24,000 nt of DNA, taken from the NCBI RefSeq assembly GCF_042643355.1, contig NZ_JBHRSS010000006.1:189382-213381 (forward strand), read 5' to 3'. The DNA comes from Salinisphaera aquimarina (GTDB lineage Bacteria; Pseudomonadota; Gammaproteobacteria; Nevskiales; Salinisphaeraceae). This document shows, piece by piece, positions 19,516 through 24,000 of this stretch; within the stretch, counting starts at the first letter, position 1, and each line of letters opens with the position of its first letter. The notes beneath the pieces were generated by a model. That model searched no databases. It was not told where the DNA came from and saw only the letters and a program-made list of their open reading frames with translations. The position numbers were made by a program, and so were the translations under genes.

Positions 19516-19543
19516 TGAACTCGTCCGGCGCTTGACGGTCAGA
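19516..19543 (+). promoter_or_regulatory. Candidate sigmaE/AlgU-type promoter upstream of the DegP-like protease
   Basis: GAACTC (19517-19522), 16-nt spacer, TCAGA (19539-19543). Compare GAACTT-N16/17-TCnnA for extracytoplasmic-stress sigma factors. It lies about 60 nt upstream of ATG 19605. Motif match only. Confidence 0.4.
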
Positions 19544-19604
19544 AGCTACGGGACGATCCGGGGTACGCCGGTCGTATGGTGAACACACCAACGAGTAAGG
19601 ACCT

Positions 19605-21020
19605 ATGACGACACACGCTTTTCGGCGCTTCTACGCGCTTGTTCTCTCTTCTCTCCTGTTGCTGGCCGCGGCCAGCGCCCAGGCGGCAGTGCCCAGCGGC
19701 ATGCTGGCCGGCGACAGTCCGTCGCTCGCGCCCATGCTCGACAAGACGCTGCCCGCCGTGGTCAACGTGGTGGTGACCGGCAAGGCACAGCAGATGCCGG
19801 ATAATCCACTATTCAACGACCCCTTCTTTCGCCGCTTCTTCGACATGCCTGATCAGCAGAAGCGTCAGCAGCAGACACCGCAGCAACCGACCGCAACCGG
19901 CTCGGGCGTGATCGTCAACGCCGACAAGGGCGTCGTGATCACCAACCATCATGTGGTCAAGGACGCTGAAAAGATCGTCGTACGCCTCAACGACAACCGC
20001 GAATACGACGCCACCGTGATCGGCGACGATCCGGAAACGGATATCGCCGTGCTCAAGATCAAGGCCGACAATCTCACCCAGCTGCCGATCGCCGACTCCG
20101 ACGATCTACGCGTCGGTGATTTCGTGGTGGCCATCGGCAACCCGTTCGGCCTGCGCCAGACGGTGACCTCCGGCATCGTCAGCGGCCTCGGCCGCCACGG
20201 TCTGGGCAACCGCTACGAGGACTACATCCAGACCGACGCATCCATCAACCCCGGCAATTCCGGCGGCGCCCTGGTCAACCTCAAGGGCGAACTGGTCGGT
20301 ATCAACAGTGCGATCCTGTCACGTAGCGGCGGCAATATCGGCATCGGCTTCGCGATCCCGAGCAATCTGGTCAACAGTGTCTACAAGCAGATATCCAAGT
20401 ACGGCGAGGTCAAGCGCGCCCGCCTCGGCGTGGTCGGCCAGGACCTGACCAGCGATCTGGCCAAGGCCTTCGACCTGGATATCACCCAGGGCGTGGTGGT
20501 CGCTCAGGTCATGCCCGACTCACCGGCCGAAAAGGCCGGCATCAAGGAGCGCGACCTGATCACCCAGGTCAACGGCAAGGAGATCGACGACTTCTCCGAA
20601 CTGGCCAACGCCATCGGTCTCAAATCGCCGGGCCAGAAGGTGAAGATCACGCTCATACGCAACGGCAAGGAGCGCGAGGTCAATGCCGAACTGGCCAAAG
20701 CCGAGGACGTGGCCAGCAACGATGACGGCGGCGGCGCCAGCGGCGACCAACTCGCCCCCGGCCTCGAAGGCGCGAGCTTCGGGCCGATCACCGAAGACAA
20801 CCCGCTGGCCGGTGAAGTCGAGGGCATTACGGTCACCGACCTGCAGCCGGGCAGCCCGGCCGCGCGCGCCGGCCTGCGTCCCGGCGATGTGATCACCTCG
20901 ATCAATCGCCAGGCGATCACCGACGTTTCGCAGCTACCCAAGCTCGCCGGACCCGATACCAAGCAGCTGTTGCTGCATGTCCGGCGTGGCCGCGGCGCCC
21001 TGTTCCTGCTGATTCGCTAG
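19605..21020 (+). CDS. Periplasmic serine endoprotease, Do/DegP/DegQ (HtrA) family with two PDZ domains
   Basis: It has a signal peptide (LLLLAAASAQA) and a trypsin-like catalytic triad context (ITNHHVV, DIAVLKI, GNSGGALVN). Two PDZ-like segments follow (GVVVAQVMPDSPAEKAGIK... and GITVTDLQPGSPAARAGLRPGDVI). Confidence 0.92.
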   Translation: MTTHAFRRFYALVLSSLLLLAAASAQAAVPSGMLAGDSPSLAPMLDKTLPAVVNVVVTGKAQQMPDNPLFNDPFFRRFFDMPDQQKRQQQTPQQPTATGSGVIVNADKGVVITNHHVVKDAEKIVVRLNDNREYDATVIGDDPETDIAVLKIKADNLTQLPIADSDDLRVGDFVVAIGNPFGLRQTVTSGIVSGLGRHGLGNRYEDYIQTDASINPGNSGGALVNLKGELVGINSAILSRSGGNIGIGFAIPSNLVNSVYKQISKYGEVKRARLGVVGQDLTSDLAKAFDLDITQGVVVAQVMPDSPAEKAGIKERDLITQVNGKEIDDFSELANAIGLKSPGQKVKITLIRNGKEREVNAELAKAEDVASNDDGGGASGDQLAPGLEGASFGPITEDNPLAGEVEGITVTDLQPGSPAARAGLRPGDVITSINRQAITDVSQLPKLAGPDTKQLLLHVRRGRGALFLLIR

Positions 21021-21036
21021 GCCCACGGCGAAGACA

Positions 21037-21066
21037 AGGGCCCGGCCTCGTGCCGGGCCTTTTTTA
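21037..21066 (+). terminator. Rho-independent terminator after the protease gene
   Basis: GGCCCGGC-ctcgt-GCCGGGCC (8-bp perfect stem) followed by TTTTTT. Confidence 0.82.
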
Positions 21067-21166
21067 TGTCCAGATCCTCTCTGTTCGTCCAGCGCACGGG
21101 CGCGCTCGTGTTTCATCCACTCGCGCCATGCGGCTATACTCGATCCACACGGCTTCCGGAGCGACC

Positions 21167-21364
21167 ATGAGCCAGTTCGACATCGCACACTTCGAAGATC
21201 GGCTGGAGGCACTGCTTGCAGCCCACAAGGCACTGCTGCTCGACTATCGCGCCCTGCGACAGAACTACGACGACGAGCAGCAGCGCAATCGCGAGACGCG
21301 CGAGCGCCTCAACGGCGTCATCGAGCGTATCCGCGCGCTCGAGGCCGAAGCCGACCACGCCTGA
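21167..21364 (+). CDS. Small coiled-coil protein (TIGR02449-like / ZapB-like) upstream of zapA
   Basis: 65 aa: MSQFDIAHFEDRLEALLAAHKALLLDYRALRQNYDDEQQRNRETRERLNGVIERIRALEAEADHA. It has heptad-like, charged coiled-coil character, with GGAG 6 nt upstream of ATG 21167. A small gene of this type precedes zapA-ssrS in pseudomonads as I recall. The family name is from memory, not a search. Confidence 0.6.
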   Translation: MSQFDIAHFEDRLEALLAAHKALLLDYRALRQNYDDEQQRNRETRERLNGVIERIRALEAEADHA

Positions 21365-21393
21365 TCCCCAGAACGCGCGACACCGGACCGCCA

Positions 21394-21723
21394 ATGCCGC
21401 CAGAAAAACAACAGACCGCGCTGACCATCCGCATCCTCGGACGCGATTATTCGGTCGCCTGTCCCGAGGGCGAGCGCGAGAGCCTGCTCTCGTCGGCCGA
21501 ATATCTTTCACGGCGGATGCACGCGATCCAGCGCAAGGGCAAGACGCTGGGCATCGAGCGTATCGCCGTCATGGCCGCGCTCAACATCGCCCGCGACCTG
21601 ATGGCCGCCGAACGACGCCTCGAGCGCGAACAGGCCGGCTTGCCGGCCACCGACGATGAAATCAGCGAGCGTCTGTCGCAGATGCAGCTGCGCATCGAAT
21701 CGGCGCTCGACGATCAGGCCTGA
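21394..21723 (+). CDS. zapA: Cell division protein ZapA
   Basis: LTIRILGRDYSVACPEGERESLLSSAEYLSRRMHAIQRKGKTLGIERIAVMAALNIARDL matches the ZapA family. The position immediately upstream of the 6S RNA is the conserved synteny. Confidence 0.88.
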   Translation: MPPEKQQTALTIRILGRDYSVACPEGERESLLSSAEYLSRRMHAIQRKGKTLGIERIAVMAALNIARDLMAAERRLEREQAGLPATDDEISERLSQMQLRIESALDDQA

Positions 21724-21728
21724 TGTCA

Positions 21729-21758
21729 TTGTCAGCAGGCCCCGTGTACGCGTAGACT
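21729..21758 (+). promoter_or_regulatory. Candidate sigma70 promoter for ssrS
   Basis: TTGTCA (21729-21734), 18-nt spacer, TAGACT (21753-21758). This predicts a start near 21765, which coincides with the 5' arm of the 6S closing stem. Confidence 0.4.
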
Positions 21759-21764
21759 TTGATT

Positions 21765-21958
21765 AGCCGGCACTCCTGCGGTGTTCGACGACCTCCCGGT
21801 TCCCCTTGAGCCTAATTACGTAAACCGGGGTGGGAAGCGACGCAGGTGAGTACGCCCGCCTTGGCTGCGGGAAACCTAATGCGTCGTGAAACGCCCCACT
21901 TGAGCATCTGTCTCAAGGATAGTGGACGGTTGACGGCACAGGCGGGAGTGACGGTCTT
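21765..21958 (+). ncRNA. ssrS: 6S RNA (boundaries +/- about 10 nt)
   Basis: It sits between zapA and the 5-formyl-THF cyclo-ligase gene, as in E. coli and pseudomonads. Several segments resemble E. coli 6S: CCCCTTGAGCCTAATTACGTAAACC vs CCCCUGAGCCGAUAUUUCAUACC, and GGGAAACCTAATGCGTCGTGAAACGCCCCACTTGAGCATCTGTCTCAAGG vs GAGAAGCCUUAAAACUGCGACGACACAUUCACCUUGAACCAAGGGUUCAAGG. The 5' GCCGGCACTCCTGC pairs with the 3' GCAGGCGGGAGTGACGGT to form the closing stem. Confidence 0.8.
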
Positions 21959-21960
21959 AC

Positions 21961-21981
21961 GGAATCTCTGATCTAGTCATA
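21961..21981. repeat. Left terminal inverted repeat (21 bp)
   Basis: GGAATCTCTGATCTAGTCATA is a perfect reverse complement of 22213-22233. Confidence 0.95.
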
Positions 21982-22212
21982 CACGACCGCGCTGGAGCGG
22001 TTGCGCATGGCTGGCAAGAAGTGAAGAGTGTTGCGTGCTTATTGCACGCGAACGATGAAGGACGCCGCCCATATGCGCGCAAAGGCCCGGCCCCAACGGG
22101 GTTTGGCCCAAGAGGCGCTGCTACCGCGTTACAGGGTTCGGCCCGGTAATAAGCCGGACGCTTCACCCTGCGCCTTGTAGCCACGCCTTTTGGGACGCAA
22201 ACGCGGTCTGTA

Positions 22213-22233
22213 TATGACTAGATCAGAGATTCC
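22213..22233. repeat. Right terminal inverted repeat (21 bp)
   Basis: TATGACTAGATCAGAGATTCC is a perfect reverse complement of 21961-21981. Confidence 0.95.
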
Positions 22234-22236
22234 TAC

Positions 22237-22258
22237 ACACGCTCCGGCGTGTTTTTTT
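22237..22258 (+). terminator. Rho-independent terminator (probably the original ssrS terminator), abutting the cyclo-ligase start
   Basis: ACACGC-tccg-GCGTGT followed by a T-run (7 T in total, 22252-22258), then ATGGGATGCGCCATG. Confidence 0.7.
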
Positions 22259-22270
22259 ATGGGATGCGCC

Positions 22271-22879
22271 ATGACGGATATCCCCACACAGCGTCGCCGC
22301 GCCCTGGCCGCACGCCGGGCACTGTCGCCGTCGGCACGCCGTCAGGCGAGCCACCGAGCCTGTATCCGTGTTGCCCGGCTGCCCGTCTTTCGTCGGGCCC
22401 GCCAGATTGGCCTCTATTGGCCGTTGGCCAGCGAAACCGACCCACGCCCCCTGCTTGCCCAATTACGCCCCGGACAGCGCGTCTATCTGCCCCGTGTGAA
22501 CGATCAGCACCTGGACTTCATCGCCATAACCGACACGCATTTCAGCGCGCGCCTGAGCCCACTGGGCATATACGAACCGCGCGGCGCGCCCGCGCGCCGG
22601 GTCGAGGCACTCGATCTGCTGATTCTGCCACTGGCCGGCTTCGACGATCACGCGCACCGGATCGGCCTTGGCGGCGGCTACTACGACCGCACCCTGGCCG
22701 CCTATGCCGCCGGTACCGGTTTTCGACGGCCGCGTCTGGTCGGCCTCGCGTTCGAGGCCCAGCGAGTGGGACGCATCCAGAATCGGCCCTGGGATATTGC
22801 CCTCGACGCCGTGGTCAGCGACGCGCGTGTCTATCGGGGCCGCACAGGCGGCCCTGTCGAGGGCGACCGAGTCGGCTAA
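22271..22879 (+). CDS. ygfA: 5-formyltetrahydrofolate cyclo-ligase
   Basis: MTDIPTQRRRALAARRALSP...IGLYWPLASETDP...LILPLAGFDDHAHRIGLGGGYYDRTL, with GGGYYDR as the family signature. The position after ssrS is conserved synteny. Start chosen at ATG 22271. An in-frame ATG at 22259 follows the T-run directly and has no Shine-Dalgarno. The track start at 22190 lies inside the inverted-repeat element. Confidence 0.88.
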   Translation: MTDIPTQRRRALAARRALSPSARRQASHRACIRVARLPVFRRARQIGLYWPLASETDPRPLLAQLRPGQRVYLPRVNDQHLDFIAITDTHFSARLSPLGIYEPRGAPARRVEALDLLILPLAGFDDHAHRIGLGGGYYDRTLAAYAAGTGFRRPRLVGLAFEAQRVGRIQNRPWDIALDAVVSDARVYRGRTGGPVEGDRVG

Positions 22880-22919
22880 ACTGACGCGCCTAGACGCACC
22901 ACAAACCAAAGGATCACGC

Positions 22920-23396
22920 ATGCGCTACTGGCTGATGAAATCCGAACCCGACGAGTTCAGCATCCAGGACCTGCAGGAACGCAAGAACCAGACCGAAGGC
23001 TGGGACGGCGTGCGCAACTATCAGGCGCGCAATTTCATGCGCGACGACATGTCCGAAGGCGATCTGGCCTTCTTCTATCACTCCAATACCAAGGTGCCGG
23101 GCGTGGCCGGCATCATGCGTATCTCACGCGCGGGCTATCCGGACGACACCGCCTTCGATCCCAAGGACGCTCATTACGACCCGAAATCGGACCCGGCCAA
23201 ACCACGCTGGTACCGGGTCGACGTCACCTTCGAGCGCGAACTCGAGCGCCTGGTCTCGCTTGCCGAGATCAAGGATCACGCCGACGAACTCGAGGATTTC
23301 CCGCTGGTACGCAAGGGCAACCGGCTCTCGGTGATGCCGGTCGACAAGAAGCACTGGGATTTCATCCTGGGCATGGAGAACAACCCGCCCGAGTAG
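22920..23396 (+). CDS. EVE domain-containing protein (PUA-like fold, DUF55/THYN1-like)
   Basis: MRYWLMKSEPDEFSIQDLQERKNQTEGWDGVRNYQARNFMRDDMSEGDLAFFYHSN...PRWYRVDVTFERELERLVSLAEIK...LVRKGNRLSVMPVDKKHWDFI is a typical stand-alone EVE protein. AAAGGA lies 7 nt upstream of ATG 22920. The track extension to 22668 overlaps ygfA. Confidence 0.85.
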   Translation: MRYWLMKSEPDEFSIQDLQERKNQTEGWDGVRNYQARNFMRDDMSEGDLAFFYHSNTKVPGVAGIMRISRAGYPDDTAFDPKDAHYDPKSDPAKPRWYRVDVTFERELERLVSLAEIKDHADELEDFPLVRKGNRLSVMPVDKKHWDFILGMENNPPE

Positions 23397-23447
23397 ACGC
23401 ATCGGTCACGTCTTTGCAGGCGACCAATCACAACCGCGAGAACGATC

Positions 23448-23837
23448 ATGTCCAACGACCCAATCGCCGCCTGGCATCAGCTCGTCGAGAGCGATAGCGC
23501 AGACGGGCTGGATGCGCTGCTCGACGACACCGCGGTGTTTCACTCACCCGTGGTGCACACGCCCCAGGTCGGAAAGCAGGTCACCAGGGCCTATCTCGCG
23601 GCCGCATTGCAGGTGTTCGGTAATGATACGTTTCGCTATGTCCGCGAGCTCAGGGGCGAGCGCGACGCGGTCCTCGAGTTCGAACTGGAGCTGGATGGCA
23701 TTCACATCAACGGTGTCGATATGCTCCAGTGGAACGACGCGGGCAAGATTACCGAATTCAAGGTAATGCTCCGTCCCCTGAAGGCCGTGAACCTGATCCA
23801 CCAGAAAATGGCGGCCATGCTTCAGGCCGGCAGATAG
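23448..23837 (+). CDS. NTF2-like (SnoaL-like) family protein
   Basis: 129 aa. The size and pattern (AAWHQLVES...LDALLDDTAVFHSPVVHTP..., alternating beta-strand-like C-terminal half, ...GKITEFKVMLRP) are typical of small NTF2/SnoaL-fold proteins. This is a family-level call only. Confidence 0.65.
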   Translation: MSNDPIAAWHQLVESDSADGLDALLDDTAVFHSPVVHTPQVGKQVTRAYLAAALQVFGNDTFRYVRELRGERDAVLEFELELDGIHINGVDMLQWNDAGKITEFKVMLRPLKAVNLIHQKMAAMLQAGR

Positions 23838-23850
23838 CGCTGTTACGGGC

Positions 23851-24000
23851 CTATTCTCGCGGGCCCTGCGCCACTGCCTGGTCGATGCGCTCGGTCACGG
23901 CTTCCACTGGAATCAGCGCCATCACCTGGTCGTCATCCTCGATACGCGCCCCCCACTTCACCGTATCGGGCGTGGCATTTCGATAAGCGGCCGCCGCCTC
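23851..24000 (-). CDS. C-terminal 49 codons of an unidentified reverse-strand gene (5' end beyond the window)
   Basis: The reverse-strand frame is open from the window edge to TAG (23853-23851) and is not in the ORF track. Translation: EAAAAYRNATPDTVKWGARIEDDDQVMALIPVEAVTERIDQAVAQGPRE. Third codon positions are mostly G/C, as in neighbouring genes. I recognise no family. Confidence 0.4.
   Translation of the reverse strand, partial: EAAAAYRNATPDTVKWGARIEDDDQVMALIPVEAVTERIDQAVAQGPRE

Larger units (their letters stand above)
21961..22233. mobile_element. 273-bp MITE-like element with perfect 21-bp terminal inverted repeats and a flanking TAC direct repeat (no coding capacity)
   Basis: Left end GGAATCTCTGATCTAGTCATA (21961-21981) is the exact reverse complement of the right end TATGACTAGATCAGAGATTCC (22213-22233). 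Complementarity continues inward (AC, then GACCGCG, with one mismatch and a 1-nt bulge) to about 30 bp. TAC flanks both ends (21958-21960 and 22234-22236). There is no convincing ORF inside. Mobile origin is an inference. Confidence 0.5.

Noticed and set aside
21961-22233. Retron msr/msd ncRNA interpretation of the inverted-repeat element
   Set aside because: Flanking inverted repeats recall retron a1/a2 repeats. However, no reverse-transcriptase gene lies downstream (the next gene is a 5-formyl-THF cyclo-ligase) or anywhere in the window.
21957-22270. 75-aa reverse ORF (21957..22184) and the 22190 start of the cyclo-ligase ORF
   Set aside because: Both contain MTRSEIP only because each reads through one copy of the 21-bp inverted repeat. 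There is no Shine-Dalgarno, no family resemblance, and the frames cross a terminator hairpin. They are artefacts of the repeat.

Overview
High-GC chromosomal segment with gammaproteobacterial gene content and synteny; this assignment is inferred only from protein sequences and gene order. No rRNA, tRNA, CRISPR array or transposase gene was seen. The window has three parts. (1) Positions 1-10407 hold a mixed-orientation surface-polysaccharide locus. It contains a family-2-type sulfotransferase (partial at the left edge and absent from the ORF track), two paralogous GT4 glycosyltransferases, a NodB-type polysaccharide deacetylase, two GT2/GT-A glycosyltransferases, an FkbM methyltransferase in a low-GC patch, and the GDP-fucose module fcl-gmd plus a GT11 alpha-1,2-fucosyltransferase. 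gmd is interrupted by a single in-frame TAA at a conserved Tyr codon. (2) Positions 10445-21066 are housekeeping. They carry groES-groEL with a sigma32-type promoter and an intrinsic terminator, a thiolase, two tandem Na+-coupled amino-acid transporters (NSS and AGCS families), hemH, sohB and a DegP/DegQ-type protease with a sigmaE/AlgU-like promoter. (3) Positions 21167-24000 hold the conserved TIGR02449-like/zapA/ssrS (6S RNA)/5-formyl-THF cyclo-ligase neighbourhood, followed by an EVE-domain protein, an NTF2-like protein and a partial reverse-strand ORF at the right edge. The most unusual structure is a 273-bp element with perfect 21-bp terminal inverted repeats flanked by a TAC direct repeat. 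It is wedged exactly between the 6S RNA 3' end and a terminator hairpin that abuts the cyclo-ligase start codon, and it looks like a MITE-type insertion or an undescribed rod-shaped RNA. No clear multi-gene novel system, such as a defence system, could be supported from the sequence alone.
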